64,000 nucleotides of DNA from an uncultured delta proteobacterium (GTDB taxonomy: Bacteria; Desulfobacterota; Binatia; UBA9968). The first letter of the stretch is position 1, and each line of letters starts with the position of its first letter. The notes below the pieces were generated by a model, which worked only from the letters and a program-made list of their open reading frames with translations, was not told the DNA's origin and did no database searches. The position numbers were made by a program, and so were the translations under genes. Shown here one piece after another: positions 1-10,226 of this stretch. Where the stretch lies: contig CAWJZV010000007.1 of assembly GCA_963847445.1 (NCBI GenBank), positions 1 through 64,000 of the forward strand, read 5' to 3'.

Positions 1-173
1 ACCGCCGGTCGCCCCTACAACAAACCCGCATGTTAGCCCTTTGCCGCAGGGCGATGGAATAATGTTTCCGAACTTTGCGTCCTTTGCGGCTCTTATGAAA
101 ATGCCGACTAGAGGCAAAAATCCCCGGTCCTTCGGCCCGCCCCCTTTGGCAAAGGGGGCCACTGGGGGATTTT
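1..173. repeat. REP-like palindromic fragments
   Basis: GGTCGCCCCTAC at about 7-18 is half of a GTAG-type REP. CCCCCTTTGGCAAAGGGGG at about 140-158 is a hairpin followed by GGGGGATTT. Confidence 0.5.
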
Positions 174-275
174 CCGTCGTTGCTTTGAACGTGGCGCAGC
201 TCATTTTCATTTGCTGTGTTGTACCGATTGGTACATGAATTACTTTGCGGGAGAAAAAAATTCCGGACGGTGATT

Positions 276-1271
276 ATGGACACCAAAGGCATCCTCTACC
301 TGTCGAATAACGACGTCAAAAAAGTCCTCGACCTCGGCCGAGCCATCGAGATCACCGAGCAGGCACTGCGCGACCACAGCGAGGGGCGGGTCACCTGGTC
401 CACGCCGGAAGACTTCGCGATCAAACCAGAGCAAGGCTGGCAGTCTTGGGTTACCGGTTGTGCGTTGCAGACATCGCCCGTAGCCGGCTTTCGCATTCGT
501 TCGATCAAAGCGGCCGGCGGCAGCCGCGATGTCTCGCGCCCGCCGCGCGGTCCGAGAAGGATATTGATCTTAAGCGATCTTGAAGGCGGCGAGATCCTGG
601 CCTTCATGGACGAAGACTGGTGCCACGCCGCGCGCACCGCCGCGGCGGCAACCGTGGCCATGCGGCTGCTCGCGCGTAAGGGCGCCAGCACGATGGCGAT
701 GCTCGGCGCCGGCGACACCGCACGCGCCGCCGTGCCGGTAATGGCGCAAGCGTTCAATCTAAAAGAAATCCGCGTCACCTCGCGCACGCCCGAATCGCGG
801 CAAAACTACGCTAGAGAAATCAGCCAGGAATACGGACTAAACGTCGTTCCCGTGGAATCCACGGAAGCAGCGCTCAAAGGCGCGGATGTCGTGATCTCGG
901 CAACCACCACATCGACGCCATTCGTGAAAGACAGCTGGCTCGGCGAAGGAATAACCGTTTATTCCATCGGCAAGAACCAAGAGTTAGACAGCGAAGTTTA
1001 CAAAAATGCCGATAAGTTCATCGTCGACAGTTGGCTCCACTGCAAAAACAAGTCGGACATGCAGCGCATGCTCAAAGAGAATTATTTGAGCGAAAAGGAC
1101 CTCTACGCCGAGCTGCCGGAGCTACTCTCCGGCAAAAAGCCAGGACGGCAAACCGATCAGGAACGCATCTTCATCCGCGCCATCGGCCTGGTCAACCAAG
1201 ACATCGCCATGGCCGATCACATCTATCGCGGCGCTCTGGAAAAAGGCATCGGCACCCGGCTGCCGTATTGA
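276..1271 (+). CDS. Ornithine cyclodeaminase / mu-crystallin family protein
   Basis: Motifs LYLSNNDV, ARTAAAA, Rossmann LGAGDTA, ADVVISATT and SIG, with a C-terminal GLVNQDIAMA. ATG at 276 is preferred over the ORF-track start at 216. Confidence 0.9.
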   Translation: MDTKGILYLSNNDVKKVLDLGRAIEITEQALRDHSEGRVTWSTPEDFAIKPEQGWQSWVTGCALQTSPVAGFRIRSIKAAGGSRDVSRPPRGPRRILILSDLEGGEILAFMDEDWCHAARTAAAATVAMRLLARKGASTMAMLGAGDTARAAVPVMAQAFNLKEIRVTSRTPESRQNYAREISQEYGLNVVPVESTEAALKGADVVISATTTSTPFVKDSWLGEGITVYSIGKNQELDSEVYKNADKFIVDSWLHCKNKSDMQRMLKENYLSEKDLYAELPELLSGKKPGRQTDQERIFIRAIGLVNQDIAMADHIYRGALEKGIGTRLPY

Positions 1272-1490
1272 CGTTGCACCGCTGATTCGGGCGGCCCCGC
1301 TCCCACACCAAGGCGTCATCAGCCAATAGGCAATACCAAGAAGTTTGGAATCACCATTTACAAGCTCGCAGCGATCATTTTGTCCCGAAGACCATCATAG
1401 ACCATACCCATGTCCTCCCTCGGTCGATGTTCTGGTCGGCAATTTTGCATTGGTCAATTTCAATTTTCCATTGGGCGCGCTCCGCGCGCC

Positions 1491-2542
1491 CTACATATCC
1501 ACCTTCACGCCATTCTTAGCGCACTCGTCGGCGAACATTTGGCGCATCCACTCGTCGCCTTCCTCGAACTCGATCTGCTCGACGCCGCGCTCTTCGCCTT
1601 GCACCGCCGTGTTGGCGTGTAGCGCGACAAACTTACAGGGCTGGTTGCCGGTGTTGTAGTGCTGGTGCCAGGAGCCCGCCGGCGGCGAGATCACCGTGCC
1701 TTCATGCCAGTCGTAGCGCTGCGGCTTTGCGCCCTCCTGCCACATCAGCGTGTAGCCGGTGGAGTCGAGCAAAAACACATGGGCGCCGGGGCCATGCCGG
1801 TGCGCTTTCTTGTAACGGCCGACGGGAAATTCGGAAACATGCGCCAGCATCGAGCCGCCGGACATGTGGATGTACATGTTGCGCGTGCCTTTGCCGCGCT
1901 TTTCGCGCGCGACTAAATTGATCTTGCGAATGTCGGGGACGAAATTGGAGTGCAAAATCCCGCCGTAGTACTCGGTGAAATATTTTCCTTCTTTGGAAAA
2001 GAACTCGACGTCGCCGGGATCGAAGCGGTCTTTGAACTGATAGGGGTATTATAGATGAACTCCGGGTCGCGGTAGAGCTCGAACGCCACCGGCTGGCTGG
2101 TCAGCGCGAAATAGCGCGCCGGCTCGCTGCCGCTGGCATTGAAATGCTGGTGCCAGGCGTTCAACGGAATCGCGAAGGTGCTGCCGCGCTCCCATTCGAA
2201 GGTCCGCTTCGCAGTGCCGTCATACCACACCGAAGTCGCGCCGCGCCCGGCGGCGACGGTGATGATCTCTTCGTAGAGTTGGCGCTGCGGTTTGGAGCTT
2301 TTCCCCGCGTCGATCTCGCAAATATAGCCGTCCGCCACCATCTGATCGGAGAAAGTGCAAATCGCCCCTTTGCAGTCCTTGCGCGGCCAGTAGCCCAGAG
2401 GTTCGGTGCGCACGTCCTGAACGAATTCACCGCCGACGATCGGCACGCCCTCGGCTTTGATCCAATTCTTGTACGGACTGTACTTGTCCATCATGAACTG
2501 GACATAGGGATGAACTTCAAACTCTTTCTGCGGCCCGGCCAT
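1491..2542 (-). CDS. Bicupin protein (gentisate 1,2-dioxygenase-like fold), frameshift near 2045
   Basis: ORFs 1913-2542 and 1491-1955 join at an ACCCC run. Two cupin repeats: FAIPLNAWHQHFN, and AHRHGPGAH...PPAGSWHQHYN. Confidence 0.8.
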
Positions 2543-2639
2543 AAACTACCTCCATGAACCTGCGCCGAACTTACTTCCCGCAGTCAAGCAGTGTCAACGC
2601 TTAGGATTATGATGGAACGGATCTCGCCACAAAGTTCAC

Positions 2640-2952
2640 AGCGCCGCAGAGCCGCAACCGAAACTCGGATTATCTCGCGCAAAGCACGCAAAGGGCGCAA
2701 AGGTAAGGGAAACATGTCATTTCGACCAAAGGGAGAAGATCTGTCTTTAGATCTCTCTGCTTCGGCTCGGGACGAAACACACGGGCGTAGGGTCGGCGCA
2801 CCGTTCGGAACCGGATCGTCCCGCGCAGGCGCGAAGGACGAAGGAGGAGGGCGAGGCCCGTCATCCCGGAACGGGGAACAGATTTCTCCCTTTGGTCGAA
2901 TGACAAGAATACGGATTTAGCGTTCTTGGCCTTCGCGGGAGATGTTCCGAAT
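2640..2952. repeat. Composite palindromic intergenic element, copy 1
   Basis: Inverted pair TGTCATTTCGACCAAAGGGAGAA (about 2715) and TTCTCCCTTTGGTCGAATGACA (about 2885-2906), plus CGCAAAG tandem units. Shares GGCGCAAAGGTAAGGGAAACATGTCATTTCGACC with the element at about 18292. Confidence 0.8.
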
Positions 2953-3013
2953 CCTAATGAAATGTTCTTTGCTTGGCGGCGGACAAGGGTGATATACGAC
3001 GGCTTGTGGAGGA

Positions 3014-4022
3014 TTGACCATGAACCGAACTTTGCGTTTCTTCCCAGTCGCTCTATTGCTCATGTTGACGCCGGTCCTGAGCTTCGGCCAAAGCAAAGAA
3101 CTCACGCGGATTCGCGTCAGCTATTCCTCCATCGGCGCCGCGTCGCTTTCGACTTGGGTCGCGGTGGATGCCGGCATCTTCAATAAACATGGCCTCGATG
3201 TCGGATTGATTTACATCGGCGGCGGGCCGCGCGCCATGTCGACCACCATCGCCAACGAAACCCAGATCACTCAAGGCGCCGGTACCGGCAGCATCTTGGC
3301 GAAGGTGGGCGGCGCCGACACCGTCATGTTCGCCACACTGATAAATACCACGCCGCAAAGCCTGATCGTCCATCCGGACCTGCGCTCGCCGCAAGACTTG
3401 AAAGGTAAGAAGCTCGGCGTCACCCGCTTCGGCGCGCTCAGCGATTTCGGCGTGCGCAAATATTTGCAGAAGATCAATCTAGAGCCGGAAAAAGATGTCG
3501 CCCTCCTGCAATTGGGCGGCCTGCCGGAAATCCTCGCCGCCCTGCAGAGCGGCGCCATCCATGGCGGCGCGCTGTCGTCGCCGGCGCTGACTAAAGCGAA
3601 GCACTTAGGCTTCAAAGAATTGATGGATTTGGGCAATCTCGGCATTCAATATCCCGGCCTCTCCTACATGACCACCGAGAGCCTACATCAAAACCCATCG
3701 CTCCATCGTCATTAATTTTCTCAAAGCGATCATCGAGTCGACGCATAGCTTGAAGCGCAACAAAGACTTCACCATCCGCGTGCTGAAAAAATATACCAAG
3801 ATGGACGAGCCGGCCGTGCTCGACGAGACCTATGAATTGTTTACCCAGCGCTATTTCCGTCTGGTGCCGACACCATCGGGTGAAGAAGTAAAAACCGTCC
3901 TCGACCAGATCAAGGACAAAGATCCAAAAGCGCGCACCACCGACTACGACAGCTTCATCCGCACCGATCTGCTGCGCGAGATCGAGCAGAGCGGTTTCAT
4001 TAAGGCATTGGCCAAGGGTTAG
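3014..4022 (+). CDS. ABC transporter substrate-binding protein, NMT1/SsuA/TauA family, frameshift near 3682
   Basis: Signal peptide, then WVAVDAGIFNKHGLDV, DLKGKKLGVTRFGA and ALQSGAIHG. The C-terminus continues in ORF 3750-4022. Confidence 0.9.
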
Positions 4023-4228
4023 CCGCCTAGACCAAAATCCGTGGTGAGTTTCGGGGTTGAGTCCGCAATTGGGTTATCGAAGCCGGCCAAATTCGGGGTA
4101 TTGCTTCACTTTCGCCTCGATTCGGCGCCGCTTCCATTGCGGCTACCCTCATGGACTTTGCCAAGAAAAATGTGATAAGAATTTTGCTTCAATCCTGAAA
4201 TCATTATTCATTACAAGGAGAGAGACGA

Positions 4229-5224
4229 ATGGCGACAAAACTAAAATTTGGATTACTGCTGCCGCATTTTTGCGAGTATGGCTCTACTGAACTATGTATC
4301 GAGGGATCTAAAAAAGCCGAGGCTTATGGCTTCGACTCGGTTTGGGTCAGAGACCATTTGGTTTTCGAGCCCCATGGCATGGAAGGGGAAGACAACACCC
4401 ATATCGAAGGGCTGCTCGTGCTCGCGGCGATTTCCTCAGTCTGCAAGAAGCTCACCCTTGGCACCGGCACCATGATCTCCCATCGCCATCCGATCCATTT
4501 GGCACAGTCCATGGCCGGCCTGAGCACGATGTGCGAGAACATCATCATGGGTCTGGGCCTTGGCACTTTTCCTCATGAATTCGAAGCCGCCGGTCATACC
4601 AAGACGACCTTGCAGGATCGCGCCAATATCGCCAAGGTCAACGCCCAACTTTGCCGCCGCTTCTGGGCCGGTGAAAAGATCAGCTACAAGGACGATTATT
4701 ACGATTTCAAAGACGTCGAGCTCAAACCGACACCAAAAAAACCGATCCCGATTTGGTACGGCGGCGGCACGCCTGCTTCGGCGCGCCGCGCAGCAGACTA
4801 CTGCGACGGCTGGATGCCCGGACGTATTCCCACGGCGACGTTTAATAAAATGGTCAAGTATCTCGAAGAGCAGTGCAAACTCGCCGGCCGCCCAATGGTC
4901 ACCACCGGCGCGATTCCGATCACCAGTATCGATAAGAATCGAGATGTCGCGCTGAGCAAGGTCAACACCAAGGGTCTGATCAACGAAGGCAACGCGCCGA
5001 GCAAAAAGACCTGGGTGAAACCGAAATCCGGCACTTTCTCTACGGTTGAAGACATCGAAGGCTTGCTGATGGCCGGCACCCCGGCGGACATCGCGCGCGA
5101 CACCAAGCGCTATGAAGAGGCCGGCCTCAATCATATTGTCTACGACCTGCGCTTCCGCTACGCCGATTGGTATCAGCAGATCGACTATCTGGGCCAAGAA
5201 GTTCTGCCCGCGGTTCGCGCGTAA
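4229..5224 (+). CDS. LLM-class flavin-dependent oxidoreductase (possibly F420-dependent)
   Basis: KFGLLLP, AEAYGFDSVWVRDH, PIPIWYGGG, RRAADYCDGW and EVLPAV. AGGAG ribosome-binding site upstream. Confidence 0.9.
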   Translation: MATKLKFGLLLPHFCEYGSTELCIEGSKKAEAYGFDSVWVRDHLVFEPHGMEGEDNTHIEGLLVLAAISSVCKKLTLGTGTMISHRHPIHLAQSMAGLSTMCENIIMGLGLGTFPHEFEAAGHTKTTLQDRANIAKVNAQLCRRFWAGEKISYKDDYYDFKDVELKPTPKKPIPIWYGGGTPASARRAADYCDGWMPGRIPTATFNKMVKYLEEQCKLAGRPMVTTGAIPITSIDKNRDVALSKVNTKGLINEGNAPSKKTWVKPKSGTFSTVEDIEGLLMAGTPADIARDTKRYEEAGLNHIVYDLRFRYADWYQQIDYLGQEVLPAVRA

Positions 5225-5230
5225 ACCGCT

Positions 5231-5315
5231 GTTCAAGACGTTCAAACAGTTCAAAACGTCCGATCCGAATCCGCAAAACGGTTTGAACGACTTGAACGGT
5301 TTGAACTTTTTGAAC
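5231..5315. repeat. Tandem-inverted GTTCAA/TTGAAC element
   Basis: Three GTTCAA units at a 9-nt period, a spacer, then four TTGAAC units. Confidence 0.8.
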
Positions 5316-5335
5316 GGAGCTTTTGGAGGTCTATA

Positions 5336-6256
5336 ATGCGTACCGAAAAAGTAAATTTCTACAGCGAAGGCATCAAGCTCGCCGGCGTGCTCTACTTGCC
5401 GGATGGCGAACAAGGCAAGCCGTACCCCGGCATCGTTCAGGGTCCCGGCTTTCTCGGCCTCAAAGACGCCAAGCACTATATCTTGATGTTCGAGAAGCTC
5501 TGCGCCGCCGGATACGCCTGCCTGTGCTTCGATTATCGCGGCTGGGGCGATAGCGAAGGCAACGACCGCGGCTGGGTCATGCCCAAATGGCAGGCGGAAG
5601 ATATCCGCAGCGCGCTCAGCTTCATGGAAACCCGCGCGGATATCGACCCCGACCGGCTCGCCACCTACGGCTCCGGCGGCACCGGCGGCGGCAACGCCGT
5701 CTACGTCGCGGCCATCGATGCCCGGGTGAAATGCTGCGTCAGTTACCTGGGCGTCAGCAGCGGCCGCGAGTGGCTCCACTCCATGCGCCGCGAGTACGAA
5801 TGGGTCGATTACTTGAAAAGCATGGAGGCCGACCGCAAGCAACGCGCGCTAACCGGCAAAGGCGCTATCGTCAGCGCCCGCGAAGGCGGCGTCATGGTGC
5901 AGACCCCAGAGCGCGTGACCACTACGATCAAGAAAGACGTGGCCGATAAAATTCCCGACGCCATGCCGCTCGCCTGCGCCGAGGCGATCCTGGAATATAG
6001 TCCCATCGATTTGGTCCACAAGATTTCGCCCCGCGGGGTGCTCTTCATCGCCGTCGAAGGCGACGCGGTGACGCCGGAACAGCAGTCCTTCGATTTATAC
6101 GAAGCGGCGGGTGAGCCGAAGAAGCTGGTGCTTTATAAGAAAACCACCCACTACGGCATTTACAACGATTATTTCGACGATGTCGCCGCCAATGTGGTCG
6201 ACTGGTATAACCGCCACTTGAAGTACCACAAAGTCGAAATCACCGAGACCAAGTAG
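5336..6256 (+). CDS. Alpha/beta hydrolase (CocE/peptidase S15-like)
   Basis: LAGVLYLP, FDYRGWGDSEG, IDPDRLATYGSGGTGGG, a candidate Asp in EGDAVTP and a candidate His in TTHYGIY. Confidence 0.85.
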   Translation: MRTEKVNFYSEGIKLAGVLYLPDGEQGKPYPGIVQGPGFLGLKDAKHYILMFEKLCAAGYACLCFDYRGWGDSEGNDRGWVMPKWQAEDIRSALSFMETRADIDPDRLATYGSGGTGGGNAVYVAAIDARVKCCVSYLGVSSGREWLHSMRREYEWVDYLKSMEADRKQRALTGKGAIVSAREGGVMVQTPERVTTTIKKDVADKIPDAMPLACAEAILEYSPIDLVHKISPRGVLFIAVEGDAVTPEQQSFDLYEAAGEPKKLVLYKKTTHYGIYNDYFDDVAANVVDWYNRHLKYHKVEITETK

Positions 6257-6265
6257 GAGTAGAAA

Positions 6266-7288
6266 ATGAACAAAATTTCCTTTGGCGTGCGCGTGCCCAA
6301 CTCGGGACCGCTGTCGAGCATCGAGAACATCGTTAAAGCGACCAAGGCGGCCGAAAGCATGGGCTTCGACGCCGTCTGGGTGCATGACCATGTGGTGTGG
6401 AGCTCGGAAATGCACCGCCATCATATTTCCTCCGGCGCCGCCGAAGCGCTGACCGACACCCAGGATGCCAATTTCTTCGAAGCGACGACGATACTGTCCT
6501 ACTTCGCGGCGGAGACCAAAAAAATCGTCCTTGGAGTCGCCTGCTTGGTCATGCCCTGCCGCAATCCGATTTACGCCGCCAAACAATATTCGACCTTAGA
6601 CATTCTTGCTCAAGGCCGTTTGCTGGTCGGCGTCGGTTTGGGTTCCAAAGCGACCCGCGAGTCGGACGAGTTCGGCGTCTTTGGCGTGCCCTACGATCGC
6701 CGCGGCGACCGCACGGACGAATATATCGAAGCGATGAAAGCGATCTGGACCCAACCGCTGGCTTCTTACAAAGGCGATTTCATCCAATTCAACAATGCCG
6801 AGGTATTTCCCAAGCCGTTTCAAAAGCCCCATCCGCCGGTCTGGGTCGGCGGCTGGATGAAGCTCGCCGCCAAGCGCGCCGGTAAATACGGCGAAGGCTG
6901 GATTCCCGGCTGGCTGTCGCCGAAAGAAATGAAAGTCGGCTGCGATATTCTCAACAAGACCGCCGAAGACAATGGCCGCGATCCAAAGAAGATCACCATC
7001 GCCGTCGAAAAGTTAGCCACCATCGCCAAGACCCGCGACGAAGGTTTGAACTTGGCGATGCCGACACTCAAAACCAGCAGCGAGAGCTACGAGCGCGACA
7101 TCGACAGCATGCAGTTCGCCCTCGACCGCCATATCTTCGGTTCGGTGGACGATGTGCGCCGCCGCGTCGATGAGTTTATCGAGAACGGCGTGCAGCATTT
7201 TGAACTCAAGATCATCTATCCGACCATGGATAGCTTGACCGAGCAGATGGAACTGTGGGCCGAGAATATTCTGCCGCGGTATAACTAA
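6266..7288 (+). CDS. LLM-class (probable F420-dependent) oxidoreductase
   Basis: AESMGFDAVWVHDHVV, RNPIYAAKQYSTLDILAQGRLLVGVGLG, PKPFQKPHPPVWVGG. Confidence 0.9.
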   Translation: MNKISFGVRVPNSGPLSSIENIVKATKAAESMGFDAVWVHDHVVWSSEMHRHHISSGAAEALTDTQDANFFEATTILSYFAAETKKIVLGVACLVMPCRNPIYAAKQYSTLDILAQGRLLVGVGLGSKATRESDEFGVFGVPYDRRGDRTDEYIEAMKAIWTQPLASYKGDFIQFNNAEVFPKPFQKPHPPVWVGGWMKLAAKRAGKYGEGWIPGWLSPKEMKVGCDILNKTAEDNGRDPKKITIAVEKLATIAKTRDEGLNLAMPTLKTSSESYERDIDSMQFALDRHIFGSVDDVRRRVDEFIENGVQHFELKIIYPTMDSLTEQMELWAENILPRYN

Positions 7289-7290
7289 AG

Positions 7291-7368
7291 ATTGGAGAGA
7301 TGGAGTGGCGGAGTGATGGAGTATTGGGTCTAAGAAAACCCAGCACTCCAGGACTCCCTTACTCCAAT
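7291..7368. repeat. Tandem-inverted TGGAGT/ACTCCA element
   Basis: TGGAG units at an 8-nt period, a loop, then ACTCC units. Same family as 28708 and 42547. Confidence 0.8.
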
Positions 7369-7379
7369 TGGACTGACTC

Positions 7380-7877
7380 ATGAATCTGCAATTTACCCTA
7401 AACGGCAAGCCCTGGTCGGTGCAGTGCGAGCCGGCGGACACGCTGGCCGAAGTGCTGCGCAATCAGTTGAACTTGAACGGCACGAAAGTGTCCTGCGAGG
7501 TGCAAGTGTGCGGCGCCTGCACGGTGCTGGTCGATAATCTGCCGGTGAGCGCCTGCACCTATCTCGCCTACGAAGCGCGCGGCAAAAACCTCTTGACGGT
7601 CGAAGGCTTGGAAAAGGCCGATGGCACGCTGCATCCGATCCAGCAGGCCTTCATCGACGAGTTCGCCTTTCAGTGCGGCTTCTGCACGCCGGGTATGATC
7701 ATGGCGACCAAAGCTTTATTGGATGAGATTCCCAACCCGACTCGCGAAGAGATCATCCATCACATGGACGGCAATATCTGCCGCTGCACCGGCTATGTGC
7801 CGATCGTCGCCGCCATCCAACGCGCCGCCGGCATGATGTCCAAGGAGATCCCAAGTGAGCGCCGAAAAGCCAACTGA
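7380..7877 (+). CDS. Molybdenum hydroxylase small subunit, 2x[2Fe-2S] (CoxS-like)
   Basis: GTKVSCEVQVCGACTV, FQCGFCTPG and GNICRCTGY. Confidence 0.95.
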   Translation: MNLQFTLNGKPWSVQCEPADTLAEVLRNQLNLNGTKVSCEVQVCGACTVLVDNLPVSACTYLAYEARGKNLLTVEGLEKADGTLHPIQQAFIDEFAFQCGFCTPGMIMATKALLDEIPNPTREEIIHHMDGNICRCTGYVPIVAAIQRAAGMMSKEIPSERRKAN

Positions 7878-10150
7878 TTTTCACATCGTCAATCATTCCA
7901 TTCCGCGGCGCGATGGCCGGGTGAAAGTCACCGGCAAAGCGCAATATGTCGCCGATCTGCGGCTCATCGGCATGGCCTACGCCAAAGTGCTGCGCAGCCC
8001 GCGTCGCCCACGCGAAAATTATTTCCATCGACAAGTCGAAAGCCGAAGCCCACCCCGGCGTCTACTGTGTCGTCACCGGCTACGACCTCGACGGGCTGAA
8101 TCCCTACTTCGGCCACGCCGTCAAAGACCATCCGCTGTTGGCCATCGACAAAGTGCGCTATACCGGCGAACCGGTGGCCGCCGTGGTCGCAGTCGACGAA
8201 CGCACCGCCTTCGAAGCCTTGGAATTCATCGACGTCAAATACGAAGAGCTCAAAGGCATCTTCACGCCGCAACAGGCGCTTGCCAAAGACGCGCCGCTGT
8301 TGCACGACCGGAAATTCGAAGCCGGCGCGCTGCGCGGTTTCGAGGGCGAAGTCACCGCCGGCAAAGGCACCAACATTTGCCAGACGCACAAGATTCAGTG
8401 GGGCGACGTCGACAAGGCTTTCAAGGAAGCGGCTGCGGTGATCGAGGGCGACTATTATTTTCCCATGACCTACGCCTACGCCATGGAACCCTATGTCGCC
8501 ATCGCCGATGTCAGCGATCAGGGCGTAAACGTTTATTCGTCGGCGCAGCACCCGTTCATGGTGCGCCATGATTTGAAAGCGATTTTCAATCTACCGGTCA
8601 GTAAAGTCCGCTTGATCGTGCCCTTCGTCGGCGGCGGTTACGGCAGCAAGTCCTACACCAAAGTCGAACCGCTGGTCGCCGCCTGCTCGTGGAAAGCCAA
8701 GCGGCCGGTGAAATTGCAGCTCACCGTCGAAGAAGCGATGCTGACCACCCGCAGCGACGACGCCTACACCTGGATGCGCACCGCGGTGGATAAGAACGGT
8801 AAAATAATCGCGCGCCAGGCGAAAATCATGATGAACACCGGCGCCTACGCCGAGAACAGCCCGCTGGTGGTCGAGAAATCGACCAACCGCTGCGTCGGTC
8901 CCTATGCGATCGCCAACGTGCTGATCGAGAACATGTCGCTTTATACCAATACCGTGCCGGCAAGTTCATACCGCGGTTTCGGCTGCGCCCAAGTGACACT
9001 GCCCGGCGAGTCGCAGATCGACGAGCTGGCGGCCAAGATCGGCAAAGATCCCTACCAGTTTCGCCTCGAGAATGCGGCCAAACCCGGCGAAGAATTTTTT
9101 CCCGGCATGCGCCCCTTCGACGGCACGCTCAAACAAGATTTAGACACCGCGGCCAAAGCGATCGGCTGGGGCACGCCGTTGGCGAAAGGCCATGGCCGCA
9201 CCGTCGCCGTCTCCGGCAGCGACGCCGGCGCTTATCCGCTGACTTCAACGGCAGTGCGCGTTCATGCCGATGGCTCGGCGACCATCATGACCGGCAGCAC
9301 AGAATTGGGCCAGGGCAGCCACACCGTCCTGCCGCAGATCGCAGCCGAAGAATTGGGCATCGCCTACGACCAGGTCAACGTGGTGTCGTCGGACACCGCG
9401 ATCACGCCCTACGATCGTTCCACCGGCGCCAGCCGGACAACGACGCTGATGGGCAGCGCGGTGATGGAAGCTTGCCAGGAAGCGATTCAGCAGATGGTCG
9501 TCATGGCCGCCGACGTGCTCAAGGTAAAGATCGAAGAGATTGAAAAAGTGCGCGGCGGCGTCCGCTGCGGCGAGGTCGAGCTCAACTGGTCGCAAGTGAT
9601 CAGCAAATTTTACGCGCTTCCCGACGGCGAAGTGATCGGCCGGTCGTACATCAGAAAGGCTGGCAGGTTCGCTGCCCTGCCGGTATTCTGGGAAGCCGCC
9701 GCCACCGGCGTGGAACTCTCCGTCGACGAAGACACCGGCAAGATCACCATGGAGAAGCTCGCCACCGTCGGCGATGTCGGTTTGGCGATCAATCCGGCGC
9801 TGGCCGAAGGCCAAGACATCGGCGCCGCGACCATGGGCATGGGCATCGGCCTGTTCGAAGAGCTAGTTTACGAAGGCTCGCAGTTGATGAACGGCTCGAT
9901 CCTCGACTATCGTTTGCCGCGCTTCTCCGATTTACCGAAACAAGTCGAGCTCCACTTGGTGCAAAACCGCGACGGTGTCGGCCCCTATGGCGCCAAAGGC
10001 GGCGGCGAAGCGTCGCTAAACTCGATGGCCGCCAATATCGCCAACGCCGTCGACAAAGCCGTCGGCGTGCGTATCCGCCAAGCGCCGCTCACACCGGAAC
10101 GAGTCTGGCGCGCGCTCAAAGAGAAAAAGGTTCAAGGTTCAAAAGTTTAA
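7855..10150 (+). CDS. Xanthine dehydrogenase-family molybdopterin subunit (CoxL-like), frameshift near 8000
   Basis: RRDGRVKVTGKAQYVADL, VGGGYGSK, SYRGFG, ELGQGSHT and GAKGGGE. The N-terminus is in the ORF 7855 frame and the rest in ORF 7946. Confidence 0.95.
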
Positions 10151-10215
10151 AAGTTCAACGACTGAAACCTGGAGCCGCCGAACCTTGAACCATTGAACGA
10201 TTGAAACCCTTGAAC
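10130..10215. repeat. Tandem-inverted GTTCAA/TTGAAC element overlapping the coxL-like stop
   Basis: GGTTCAAGGTTCAAAAGTTTAAAAGTTCAA ... TTGAACCATTGAACGATTGAAACCCTTGAAC. Confidence 0.75.
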
Positions 10216-10226
10216 GAGAATTATTT

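Noticed and set aside
2591-2920. Small ORFs in repeat regions (also 18226-18744 and 19921-20328)
   Set aside because: They are translations of palindromic repeat DNA with no protein features.
4436-5842. Long antisense ORFs (for example 4436-5842, 16001-16957, 31900-32946, 37272-38579)
   Set aside because: They are shadow ORFs opposite well-supported genes in GC-rich DNA and show no recognisable motifs.
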